Positions 9,572-19,110 are shown, counted from the stretch's first letter. The stretch is 38,894 bases of DNA from Thermoplasmatales archaeon (GCA_014874235.1 JACWAC010000001.1:1-38894), one strand, 5' to 3'. Program-made: numbers and translations. Notes: a model not told the origin generated them from the sequence alone.

Positions 9572-11317
9572 CTAGTACATGTAATTGTACTGTGGTGAGT
9601 TAGGAGGGATATAGAAAAGCACAACGACGTGATATGGAGCGTACTTGTCCTCCAGCACTATTCCCGCTGCCTGTGTCAGATTGAAGAATACAACTGTCAC
9701 CGACACCTCACTCTTCTTGGGTATCTCGAGGTACGTGCCAGTTCCAGATGTCACAAATGCTGTCGTTCCATTTATGTAAAAATTTGATGAGTCATTGAAT
9801 TTGTATATCTCGAGATAAGCTGTGGGTCCGATGTTTCTCAGAGTCAGCTGGTTGATGGTTTGGTCCGAATAGTATGGATTGTGGTTGTCTGCGGTCAGAT
9901 TTGTGTCCAGAGCAACAACCGTTATGTTCCTGACATATGAAGTCGGCTTGCTGTTGGTGGTCGTTTCGACGCCCACTGTGAAACTGTACTGCCCGAGTGA
10001 GGTGCCATTGTAGGGACTGACGGAGACCCTGAAACTGCTCTTTTCCAGGGGAGCCATGGTTTCGTTAAATGACGGAGTTGAATAGAATCCAGTGGGTGAC
10101 TTTATGGTCACGCTGAGAGGGATTGTGTAATTGTTGAGGTTGTCAACTGTGAGGACCATACTGTCGATATTGAACATAGGGTTGCCGTTAACGACAAAAT
10201 TGTTTCCGGCTGTCAAGTCAGAGGTCGCAATGTTTGGCGCTACGTGTTCTGCGAAGGGGACGGGAGAGAAGCTTATTGCCACCAGGGCGATTGCGACGAT
10301 CCCCACCACGATTTCCTTCTTCCCCGGTTTAGATATGTCGTTGAGAGGTGGAGGGTGAGAGAGCCCGAGCACTATGATGATTATCGCAAACAGTATCCAG
10401 GAGACGTAGTATATGCCCAGTATGACCAAGATGACTATGAATGCGTAGCTGAGATATTTCGCGTTCTTTCCGAGCAGTCCTCTTGCGACGTGACCTCCGT
10501 CCAGCTGTCCGATAGGGAAAAGATTGATTGCTGTGACAAGGAATCCGACCCAGGCCGCGAATGCTACGGGATGGACGCTGTGGGACATCTGGATTGCGGG
10601 AAAAATGTAGTATATCACTGGCAGTGAGATGAGTGTTGTATCCTGGTAATTGGTCACTATGACTGGCTTCTGGACAGTTCCCAGGTAGGCACCTATTATT
10701 CCAATTATGATGCTCATCACGAAGCCAACGAGCGGACCAGCGGCACCAATCTTGATGAGAGTTTTCCTGTCAGGGAGCGGGTCCCTGAGAGATATCAGGG
10801 CACCAAGCGTGCCCAGCGGAGGGAAGGGAGCGGGAATAAAAAATGGGAGGGATGCCGCAACTCCATTCCTCTTGGCCATATAATAGTGGCCGAGCTCGTG
10901 AGAGGTCAGTATTATGAGTAGAGGGAGGGAGAAGAAAAGAAAACCGAAGAAATACGCGGAGACCGTCTTGCCTATCCCGAAATAACCCGAATACAGTATC
11001 TCTCCGACCCACGTTGTAGATGCAATAGTCGCTACCAATAAGACTATGTTCACCCAGATTCCGAACGGTTGGGTCTTTCTACGCTTTATGATGGAAATGA
11101 CGTAGTCCGATCCTGATTCATTCCTCTTCCCGATGACGGGTATGTACCCCACACCCTTCAGATCAATGACCAGTTTCTTGAAGTCACCCTCAAGATTAGG
11201 ATCGACCAACGTATAGAACTCATAGACTCCTTCCTGGACTTTGACCTCGCCTGTGATAGCAAAATACTTTCGTACCGCAGAGCGAATCGTTACTAGTTCA
11301 TCTGCTGTGATACGCAA
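9572..11317 (-). CDS. Site-2 protease (M50 family) with C-terminal extracytoplasmic beta domain
   Basis: HELGH, PFFIP, AAGPLVG and NLFPIGQLDGGH motifs; S/T/N-rich C-terminal ~220 aa. TTG start overlaps the alaS end and is uncertain. Confidence 0.92.
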   Translation of the reverse strand: MRITADELVTIRSAVRKYFAITGEVKVQEGVYEFYTLVDPNLEGDFKKLVIDLKGVGYIPVIGKRNESGSDYVISIIKRRKTQPFGIWVNIVLLVATIASTTWVGEILYSGYFGIGKTVSAYFFGFLFFSLPLLIILTSHELGHYYMAKRNGVAASLPFFIPAPFPPLGTLGALISLRDPLPDRKTLIKIGAAGPLVGFVMSIIIGIIGAYLGTVQKPVIVTNYQDTTLISLPVIYYIFPAIQMSHSVHPVAFAAWVGFLVTAINLFPIGQLDGGHVARGLLGKNAKYLSYAFIVILVILGIYYVSWILFAIIIIVLGLSHPPPLNDISKPGKKEIVVGIVAIALVAISFSPVPFAEHVAPNIATSDLTAGNNFVVNGNPMFNIDSMVLTVDNLNNYTIPLSVTIKSPTGFYSTPSFNETMAPLEKSSFRVSVSPYNGTSLGQYSFTVGVETTTNSKPTSYVRNITVVALDTNLTADNHNPYYSDQTINQLTLRNIGPTAYLEIYKFNDSSNFYINGTTAFVTSGTGTYLEIPKKSEVSVTVVFFNLTQAAGIVLEDKYAPYHVVVLFYIPPNSPQYNYMY

Positions 11318-13883
11318 TCGCCTCTTCTACCTCTTTCCTACCGAGATTTTGCTTTAATACTTTTCCCTGGGCGTATGTGTTATTTCCCCCCCCTTTGACA
11401 AATCCCTTCTTCTCGAGAATGTGCATGATGTCCAGTGCAGAAACATCGGGGGAAGAGGAGACTACTCTCAGCCTTTCTTTAGAAATTACGATGCCCATTG
11501 ATGACGATAGGCTCTTGGAGACGGACTCCGCAATGGACTCGTTCACTTCCATTATCCTCAGTTCTTTGTCCCCGTACTTGATCCTGGAATAATCGAAACC
11601 GGATTCAATCGCCTTCCTTGTCTCCTCCAGTGTGTGACTCAAGTTTTCAAAAGTCCTTACGGGGTCTTCACCCAGTTTCTCCCTTATCCTGTTCAGTTGA
11701 CTGACGTGACTGTCTGAATACTCCACTGCAGATCTTCCAGCTGCGAAGTTGAATCTCATTATGCCGTCCTGGATCCTCTCGACCCTCACTACCTTGATGT
11801 AACCTACCTCCCCTGTGGAATCGAGATGAGTACCTCCGCAACCTTCTGCATCTATGCCGGGTATCTCTACCAGCCTGAGCATATTACCCTCGGGTATCCC
11901 TCCCTGGTAGAGCGTGAATCCGAAATTGCTCTCCGCTTCGTTCCTGTTGACGAACTCCTTGTGAAGTGGAAGGTTCATCCTGATGATCTCGTTGGCTCTC
12001 TCTTCTATCCTGGATATCTCTTCCTGGGAGACATCCCTGAAGTGGGTGACGTCCAGTCTGCTAACCTTCTCGTCCTTTTGTGCCCCGGCCTGCCATATGT
12101 GCGGACCAAGGATGTCCCTGATGGACGATAGCAATATGTGGGTGGCGGTGTGGTTCTGCATCAGCCTCTTTCTCCTGTCCTCCACCACTCTTCCGTGGAC
12201 GGCATCCCCTATCGAAAGGCCCTGCACATCGTCCACCTCGTGGACGATCGTACCATCCACGGACTTCACTCCCCTGACATCCACCTTCTTATCTGCAACC
12301 ATGAGAAACCCACGATCGGAGGGCTGTCCTCCCCCCTCCGGATAGAAATACGTGTTTTCGAGGATAACCGTCCCATCCTCCACGCCAACAATCTTGCTGT
12401 TGAACTCTAGTATCCGTTCGTTCTCGTAATAGGACCTTCCCGTTTGAGGGTATCTTTTCTTGAGAACTCGTTCTTTCTCCTTGGGTTCCCTTCGAATGTT
12501 GGAAAATCCCTTTGTCTTCTCCAGTTTTTCCGGGAATCTTATTCCTAGCGCTTCGCACCTCTCTCTCACATACTCTATCGGCAAACCATTCGACTCGAAG
12601 AGCAGTAGAACGTCGTTCGCACTGATCGCACCTGCCTTCGCGTACTTCTTGATCATTCCATCTCCCTTCCCCAGGAGCTCATCAAATCTCTCCACTTCCA
12701 GCTTTACTATCTCCCTCGCAGATCCTTCCAGTTTCACGTCGAGTATGTCCTTGAATCTCTCCTTCTGCTGCTCGATCAGATCCCACAACTCTGTCTCCAT
12801 CTCCAGTTTCTTCCTGGCGAGCAAAGCTCTTCTTATCAACATCCTCAGTACATAACCGGCCTTCGAATTCGATGGGACGAGGCCGTCGTAGAGAAGAATC
12901 GCAATCGCCCTGGTGTGGTCCGCGAGGATGTAAATGTTTGACAGTCTGTCCAGGCTCGATCTTCCATCCTCACTCAGAGACTTGAGGAAATCCTTTTCGG
13001 AGCCATCCTCTCTTGCGTAAGCATCTATGAACTCCCGCAGGAAATCGGGCCGGCCCATCTTGATCTCGTTCATCAGCCCCTGCACCAACTGAGGGTAGAG
13101 GGCTTCATAGATCGTATCCGTCCCCTGTGACAACCAGGTCAACCGCTCTATTCCATATCCGGTATCAACAATCCTGTTTTCCATTTTCTTGTATCTGATT
13201 CCATCTATCTCCACATCTCCGTCTGTCGACTCCACCATGTCCATGAACACGAGCGTAGCCACCTCCAGACCCCTAACCATCACCTCGACGGACGAACCTC
13301 CGTTGCCCCCTCCTGCCCACGGTTTCTCCTTGAATATTATCTCCACCTTGTTGACTCCAAGATGCTCGAGGAACTTTACGGCCATTTCTACTGTCTTGTC
13401 TTTCCAGTATACCTCCTCTCCGGGAAAATTGAATGCCTTTGCGCCACCCATCTCGAATACGGAGAGATGCCTTCCCGTCTTCCCGACATTGTCGAGGTCG
13501 ACCGTCCGTATGCAGGGTTGTGAAATGACAAGCGGGTTCCCTGGCGGAGGTACCTTTCCCGATGTCACGTGGGGCTGGAAGTCGTATATGCTGGCGTTCA
13601 CTAGGTAGACGTCCTCCCTCCACCTGGCGACTATCGGGTATCGCTTGACCCTCTTGTGACCCAGTTGCTCGAAGAACGACAGGAACTCCTCCCTCATCTC
13701 CTGCAGGGTGTATTTCCTGGAGGTCGGAGGGTTGTCTATGAAAGAGTACGGATCGCAGGGGATCTCACCGCACGTTTCCCTCTTTACATCAAGTGTCCAG
13801 AACACCTTTCCACAGTGAGCGCAAATTTTCCTGTGATAACTTTTGTTTGTGAAATATCCTATTACCTCTTCTCGTTCTACCAC
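11298..13883 (-). CDS. alaS: Alanine--tRNA ligase (archaeal type)
   Basis: N-terminal CxxC zinc ribbon, PIVARWREDVYLVNASIYDFQP, QPCIR, VDTGYGIER, ADHTR, GYVLRMLIRR; editing domain HTATH and CGGTH. Confidence 0.98.
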   Translation of the reverse strand: MVEREEVIGYFTNKSYHRKICAHCGKVFWTLDVKRETCGEIPCDPYSFIDNPPTSRKYTLQEMREEFLSFFEQLGHKRVKRYPIVARWREDVYLVNASIYDFQPHVTSGKVPPPGNPLVISQPCIRTVDLDNVGKTGRHLSVFEMGGAKAFNFPGEEVYWKDKTVEMAVKFLEHLGVNKVEIIFKEKPWAGGGNGGSSVEVMVRGLEVATLVFMDMVESTDGDVEIDGIRYKKMENRIVDTGYGIERLTWLSQGTDTIYEALYPQLVQGLMNEIKMGRPDFLREFIDAYAREDGSEKDFLKSLSEDGRSSLDRLSNIYILADHTRAIAILLYDGLVPSNSKAGYVLRMLIRRALLARKKLEMETELWDLIEQQKERFKDILDVKLEGSAREIVKLEVERFDELLGKGDGMIKKYAKAGAISANDVLLLFESNGLPIEYVRERCEALGIRFPEKLEKTKGFSNIRREPKEKERVLKKRYPQTGRSYYENERILEFNSKIVGVEDGTVILENTYFYPEGGGQPSDRGFLMVADKKVDVRGVKSVDGTIVHEVDDVQGLSIGDAVHGRVVEDRRKRLMQNHTATHILLSSIRDILGPHIWQAGAQKDEKVSRLDVTHFRDVSQEEISRIEERANEIIRMNLPLHKEFVNRNEAESNFGFTLYQGGIPEGNMLRLVEIPGIDAEGCGGTHLDSTGEVGYIKVVRVERIQDGIMRFNFAAGRSAVEYSDSHVSQLNRIREKLGEDPVRTFENLSHTLEETRKAIESGFDYSRIKYGDKELRIMEVNESIAESVSKSLSSSMGIVISKERLRVVSSSPDVSALDIMHILEKKGFVKGGGNNTYAQGKVLKQNLGRKEVEEAIAYHSR

Positions 13884-13929
13884 AAGACTGGAAGAATAAC
13901 TATTTTAAATTCTTTGTTCTGCTCAATTT

Positions 13930-14652
13930 GTGCTCATCACCATTTACAACGAGAGCGAACTCCATTCCTTCTCTGACAGGGCGGGTCTCCTTTATATAAG
14001 GGAACTCGGAAATGTCGACACCGGCAAGTTTTCCGTTTCATCTGAAGAAATCGAGATCGGATCGAGGAAGTTCAGGACAAGGAGATCCACTCTGAGCGAC
14101 GTTTCGTCGTCTATCGAGAGGGGTCCGCAGGTTGTCCTGCCAAAGGATGTCAGTCAGATCTGTTTTGATCTCGACTTACCCTTCTGTTCCAGACTGCTGG
14201 AGATCGGTGGAGGGTCCGGCGGGTTCTCTATCCTTGCTGCACTGATGTACAAGGTGAAGATAGTGAGCTACGAACTCGATGCAGGGTATTTTGAACTCCT
14301 CAGGAGGAACATCAGGAGATTCGAGGTTGACGACCTGATAGAGGCAAACAACAGGGATGGAAGGGAGGCAGATGCCAATGGATACGAGTGCGTTTTCATT
14401 GACAATCCCGAGCCCTGGAATTTCCTGGATGTGAAACTCACCGGAACGAAAAAAGTATCCTCGATCCTCCCAACCTACTCCCAGGCTGAGAGATTTTCGC
14501 GTTTCCTGTTAAAGAAGAATTTTTTAGTTAGCGTTCATGAACTCATAGATGTTCCTATCAAGCTGAGCGCGATGGGGATGAGACCCGAAACGTCGTTTCT
14601 GTATCATACTGGATTCATAGTTTCGGGGATGAGTGTGAATCTTAATGGATGA
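13930..14652 (+). CDS. trmI: TrmI/GCD14-like tRNA (adenine-N1)-methyltransferase, divergent
   Basis: RGPQVVLPKD, LEIGGGSG SAM-binding motif, VSYE, FIDNPEPW, HTGF. Confidence 0.8.
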   Translation: MLITIYNESELHSFSDRAGLLYIRELGNVDTGKFSVSSEEIEIGSRKFRTRRSTLSDVSSSIERGPQVVLPKDVSQICFDLDLPFCSRLLEIGGGSGGFSILAALMYKVKIVSYELDAGYFELLRRNIRRFEVDDLIEANNRDGREADANGYECVFIDNPEPWNFLDVKLTGTKKVSSILPTYSQAERFSRFLLKKNFLVSVHELIDVPIKLSAMGMRPETSFLYHTGFIVSGMSVNLNG

Positions 14653-15583
14653 AGTCAAGAAGAAGGCACTGGAGAAACAGGGGTACAAGATAGTTGGAAA
14701 CCATTCCGGCGTCAAGCTGTGCCACTGGGTCAGGCAAGACCTATACTACAACAGGCCCTGTTACAAGAACACCTTTTATGGGATCGAGAGCCACAGGTGC
14801 GTGCAGATGACCCCTTCAGTTGACTGGTGCTCTGAGAACTGCACGTTCTGCTGGAGGTCGCAAGGGTGGGAGGGGGCAAAGATTCCGCAGGAGGATGAGG
14901 CCGTAGACATCCTCGAAGGGTCCATTCAGGCGCAAAAGTTGCTGCTGACGGGCTTCAAAGGGGACTCAAGGACAAACATGAAGAAGTGGTTGGATGCACA
15001 ACAACCAAAACACATGGCCATTTCACTGACCGGCGAACCCACCCTCTACGGGAAGCTGGACGATCTTCTCAGGGAAGCGAAAGACAGGCACATCTCCACC
15101 TTCGTCGTGACCAACGGAACGCAACCAGACGCACTCGAAAGACTGAAGGTCCTCCCGACACAACTGTACGTCACCGTTGCCGCCCCCAACAAGAAGCTGT
15201 TCAACGAAATCCTCAATCCGATCTACAGAGACTCCTGGGAGAGGTTGAACAGGACGCTTGAAATTCTCCCCTCTCTCAAGACCAGAACGGTGATAAGACA
15301 CACTCTTGTCAAGGATTTCAATCTGGGTTACGTGGAAGAGTACTACAGACTGGACAAGAAAGCAGACCCCGACTTCATAGAGAACAAGGGGTACGTTCAC
15401 GTCGGAGGCTCGAGGAACAGACTGACGATCAACAACATGCCCTCTCACGAAGAGATAAGGGACTTTTCGTTCAGGCTGAACGGATACCTGAATTACGACT
15501 TCGGAGGAGAACGGGAGGACTCCAGAATAGTACTCCTTAGCAAAGACAGAAGGGCGAACAAGATAGATTTCTCTGCGATATGA
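14645..15583 (+). CDS. taw1: 4-demethylwyosine synthase Taw1/TYW1 (radical SAM)
   Basis: HSGVKLCHW, CYKNTFYGIESHRCVQMTP, CSENCTFCWR (CxxxCxxC), AISLTGEPTLY, VTNG. Confidence 0.96.
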   Translation: MDEVKKKALEKQGYKIVGNHSGVKLCHWVRQDLYYNRPCYKNTFYGIESHRCVQMTPSVDWCSENCTFCWRSQGWEGAKIPQEDEAVDILEGSIQAQKLLLTGFKGDSRTNMKKWLDAQQPKHMAISLTGEPTLYGKLDDLLREAKDRHISTFVVTNGTQPDALERLKVLPTQLYVTVAAPNKKLFNEILNPIYRDSWERLNRTLEILPSLKTRTVIRHTLVKDFNLGYVEEYYRLDKKADPDFIENKGYVHVGGSRNRLTINNMPSHEEIRDFSFRLNGYLNYDFGGEREDSRIVLLSKDRRANKIDFSAI

Positions 15584-15698
15584 TCTGTGGAAAGGATGTC
15601 AATTAAAGAGATTAGTCAAATGCAATAATTTTAAACAACGCTAAAAATTTATATCTCCTTAAACATGGACGAAAGGCCAGTTGAATTTGATGAGATAT

Positions 15699-17414
15699 AT
15701 GAGTTCAAAGTTCATTGATCACGAAACAGATGTTCTTATAATAGGAGCGGGAGGGGCAGGCATGAGGGCCGCAATTTCAGCGTTCGACTCCGGTTCAAGA
15801 GTTACCATTCTTTCCAAGTCTCTTCTGGGGAAGGCCCACACGGTGATGGCGGAGGGTGGAATCGCAGCGGCGCTCGCGAATGTAGATTCCAAGGACAGCT
15901 GGGAAGTGCACTTTGCAGACACGATCGAAGAGGGCGTATACATCTCAAACTACAGGATGGCAGAACTGCTTGCCAGGGAAGCACCGGAAAGGGTGAGAGA
16001 ACTCGAGGAATACGGCGCACTTTTCGATAGGACTCCTGAGGGTACGATCATGCAGAGGGCCTTTGGCGCCCATACCTACAGAAGGCTCTGTCACGTCGGC
16101 GACAGGACGGGCCTGGAGATCATCAGGACGCTTGAGGATCAGATATTACACAGGGACATAAAATTCTTTGACGAACTATACGTCACCAAGCTTCTGAAGG
16201 AAGGAAACAGGGTGGTTGGTGCGATTGGTCTCAAGTTGAACACAGGTGATTTTTATGTTTTCAATTCAAAGACTGTTGTCGTTTCCACGGGAGGATGCGG
16301 CAGAATATACAAGGTCACATCCAACTCATGGGAGTCAACAGGGGACGGACTCGGACTTGCCTACGAGGCAGGGGCCGAACTGATGGACATGGAGATGATC
16401 CAGTTCCATCCGACAGGAATGGTATTTCCTCCCGGAGTCAAGGGATTGCTCGTGACAGAAGGCGTGAGGGGAGAGGGTGGAATTCTTTTAAATTCCCAGG
16501 GAGAAAGGTTTATGGAGCGATATTCGCCCAAGAAGATGGAGCTCGATGCAAGAGACATAGTTGCAAGGGCGAACTATGCGGAAATAATGGCAGGTAGAGC
16601 CACTCCTCATGGTGGCGTCTATCTGGATATAACCCACAAGGGCGCTGATTTCATCAAGAGGAAACTGCCAAGCATGTACAAGCAGTACATGGACTTCGCA
16701 GGAGTTGACATCACAAAGGAAAAGATGGAGGTGGCTCCGACCGTCCACTACCAGATGGGAGGGATTCAAGTGGACCCCGAGACAACAGCAACCAATGTCC
16801 CTGGATTGTTTGCCTCTGGAGAAGTTGCGAGCGGACTGCATGGAGCAAACAGACTGGGGGGAAATTCTCTCGCCGACATACTGGTGTTTGGAAAGAGAAG
16901 TGGAGATGGAGCATCAGCTTACGCAAAAAGCGTTTCGATGGGAAAGATAGATGAGGCTGAGGTTTCAAGAGAGATCGAAAGAGTGGAGTCGTTGGTTGGC
17001 AAGGAAGGAATAAATCCGCACAGCATAGCATCAAAACTGGAAGATGCTATGAGTGAACTCGTAGGAATAATCAGGAATGAGGAGAATCTCAGTAAAGCCT
17101 TAGGCATAATCCTAGAACTGAAAGATACTTCAAAGAAATCAGCCGTCCAGGGATCGCTGAAGTACAACAAGGGTCTCCTCCAGGTCCTCGAGCTGCAGTC
17201 AATGCTGACGGCAGCGGAGGCAATAGTCAAGGGCGCGATCGAAAGGAAGGAGAGCAGGGGAGCTCACGCTAGGAGCGACTACCCCAAGAAGAATCCAGAC
17301 ATGAGAAAGAACATAATTTACAAGAAGGGAGAGAATGGAATGAAGATCGAGTGGAGAGAGGTGCCTGCCATGCCGGAAGAACTGAAGAAACTCGTCAATC
17401 CGGAGGAATACTGA
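15699..17414 (+). CDS. sdhA: Succinate dehydrogenase/fumarate reductase flavoprotein, mycobacterial Sdh1-like (copy 1)
   Basis: IIGAGGAG, GKAHTVMAEGG (covalent-FAD His), QFHPTG, LVTEGVRGEGG, ARDIVAR, HYQMGG, HGANRLGGNSL, ESRGAH. Start could be 15681, 15690 or 15699; TATA at about 15648. Confidence 0.93.
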   Translation: MSSKFIDHETDVLIIGAGGAGMRAAISAFDSGSRVTILSKSLLGKAHTVMAEGGIAAALANVDSKDSWEVHFADTIEEGVYISNYRMAELLAREAPERVRELEEYGALFDRTPEGTIMQRAFGAHTYRRLCHVGDRTGLEIIRTLEDQILHRDIKFFDELYVTKLLKEGNRVVGAIGLKLNTGDFYVFNSKTVVVSTGGCGRIYKVTSNSWESTGDGLGLAYEAGAELMDMEMIQFHPTGMVFPPGVKGLLVTEGVRGEGGILLNSQGERFMERYSPKKMELDARDIVARANYAEIMAGRATPHGGVYLDITHKGADFIKRKLPSMYKQYMDFAGVDITKEKMEVAPTVHYQMGGIQVDPETTATNVPGLFASGEVASGLHGANRLGGNSLADILVFGKRSGDGASAYAKSVSMGKIDEAEVSREIERVESLVGKEGINPHSIASKLEDAMSELVGIIRNEENLSKALGIILELKDTSKKSAVQGSLKYNKGLLQVLELQSMLTAAEAIVKGAIERKESRGAHARSDYPKKNPDMRKNIIYKKGENGMKIEWREVPAMPEELKKLVNPEEY

Positions 17415-18163
17415 TGGATACGATCACCGTGAGTGTTTACAGACGTGACCCTTCCCTTGAAAAGGAGGGGAAATTCGTGGACTATGAAGTTCCGAGAGAG
17501 GAGGGAATGGTTGTTCTGGATGCAATGAAATACATTGAGAAACACATCGATCCGAGCCTCTCGCTGAGATGGAACTGCATGGCTGGAAAGTGCGGTTCCT
17601 GTTCTGCCGAAATAAATTACAAACCTTCACTGATGTGCAAGGCAAGGATCGACTCTTTAAAGAGCGGAAAGATCAGGGTTTCACCGATCGCAGCCTATCC
17701 ACTGATAAAGGACCTAGTTACGGACGTTTCTGAGAACTGGGCCCTGTTGAAAAGAATTCCAAAATTCACCCCCAGAGAGGGACTGGAGAAACCGTGGAGA
17801 ATTTCACAGGTCGACATAGAACGATCAAAGGAATTCAAGAAGTGCATTGAGTGTTTTCTCTGCCAGGACGTCTGCCACGTCATCAGAGAACACAACTCGG
17901 ATTATTTCGGCCCGAGACACGTCGTCAAGGCCGCATCGCTTGACATGCATCCGCTGGATGCGATCGACAGATCGGAATTCATGAACAAGGATGCTGGACT
18001 CGGCTACTGCAACATTACGAAGTGCTGTACCGAAGTCTGTCCGGAGGAAATTCATATAACCGACAATGCAATAATTCCAGAGAAAGAGAGAGCGGTGAAC
18101 TTATCGTATGACCCGCTGGCGATGCTCGTAAGGTCTAGAAGGAACAAGGGTGGTAAGAAATGA
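17414..18163 (+). CDS. sdhB: SDH/FRD iron-sulfur subunit, Sdh1-like (copy 1)
   Basis: RWNCMAGKCGSC...MC, CIECFLCQDVCH, CNITKCCTEVCPE, ITDNAIIPEKER. Start reassigned to ATG 17414 (TGATG overlap). Confidence 0.93.
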   Translation: MDTITVSVYRRDPSLEKEGKFVDYEVPREEGMVVLDAMKYIEKHIDPSLSLRWNCMAGKCGSCSAEINYKPSLMCKARIDSLKSGKIRVSPIAAYPLIKDLVTDVSENWALLKRIPKFTPREGLEKPWRISQVDIERSKEFKKCIECFLCQDVCHVIREHNSDYFGPRHVVKAASLDMHPLDAIDRSEFMNKDAGLGYCNITKCCTEVCPEEIHITDNAIIPEKERAVNLSYDPLAMLVRSRRNKGGKK

Positions 18164-18879
18164 GAGCGGCAAATGAGACTGGACTCAGGCACATAATTCC
18201 ACCGGAATTCCTTGAGCCAAACTGGAGGTTCTGGTCATTCGTTTTCATATCGATTCTGGGCTCTTACCTCATTATTGCTTACAAGGTACCGGTGTATGAT
18301 GGACTCACGGACCCTTTCTACACTCCGACCGTCCTGATCCTTCCACTCGTTGTTCTATTCAGATTGACGTGCTATGCGTACAGGAAGGATTATCACAGAC
18401 ACCTCTTCTACCATCCGAACAGCTGCGCTGCTGACGTTCGCCTCGACGGGAAGAAGAGAGGCTATTCGGGAGAAACCGGATTCTTCAGGGTGGAGAATCT
18501 TCACAGGTATTTCATGTACACGGCATGGGGAGTGCTTCCGTTCTTCTACTACGACATATATCATTCGATTGTATATACGGGAGCAATCACCGTCAGTCTC
18601 GGTACCGTGATTCTGGCAATAAACGCCATTGCTGTGACCATCTACACATTCTCCTGTCACTCCGTAAGGCATCTCATAGGAGGGTACAAGGATTGCGTAA
18701 ACTGCCCGGCCAACCAGAACAGTAAGAACTCCCTCTACAGACTTCAGTCCAGATTGAACGGTCATCACGAAGCGATCGCCTGGACGAGCCTGATAATGTT
18801 CGTGTTCGTTGACCTGTTCATCCGGGGAATGATCGCTGGATTCGTACCAAACATTCTTCTCATCCACATGGGGTTGTGA
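18160..18879 (+). CDS. Sdh1-type membrane anchor (Rv0249c-like, putative Rieske 2Fe-2S-binding)
   Basis: PFYTP, FRLTCYAYRKDYHR, YSGET, ENLHRYF, YTFSCHSVRHLIGG, LNGHHEAIAWTSL match the Cys/His pattern recalled for the actinobacterial Sdh1 anchor; ATGA overlap with sdhB. Confidence 0.82.
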   Translation: MRAANETGLRHIIPPEFLEPNWRFWSFVFISILGSYLIIAYKVPVYDGLTDPFYTPTVLILPLVVLFRLTCYAYRKDYHRHLFYHPNSCAADVRLDGKKRGYSGETGFFRVENLHRYFMYTAWGVLPFFYYDIYHSIVYTGAITVSLGTVILAINAIAVTIYTFSCHSVRHLIGGYKDCVNCPANQNSKNSLYRLQSRLNGHHEAIAWTSLIMFVFVDLFIRGMIAGFVPNILLIHMGL

Positions 18880-18882
18880 GAG

Positions 18883-19053
18883 ATGTTCAAGATACTCCCC
18901 ACCAGGTACAGGTACCCGCTCTTCTTCCTGGGCATACTCCTGATGGAGATAACTGGCGTCCTTTACAAAACGATAGACCTCGGGAAGTATACCGTAGAAG
19001 GGATGGTCGTCACGGGATTCATCGTATTCGCCTTCTCAATTTTGGCCACTTAA
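18883..19053 (+). CDS. Small 56-aa membrane protein (not in ORF track)
   Basis: ATG 3 nt after the anchor-gene stop; translates MFKILPTRYRYPLFFLGILLMEITGVLYKTIDLGKYTVEGMVVTGFIVFAFSILAT with two hydrophobic segments; ends where the AT-rich intergenic DNA begins. Confidence 0.75.
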   Translation: MFKILPTRYRYPLFFLGILLMEITGVLYKTIDLGKYTVEGMVVTGFIVFAFSILAT

Positions 19054-19110
19054 TTTATCCAGCTAGGTTGGCTGATATTGAGCCATATTCCAATAAATTT
19101 TTGTTTAATC

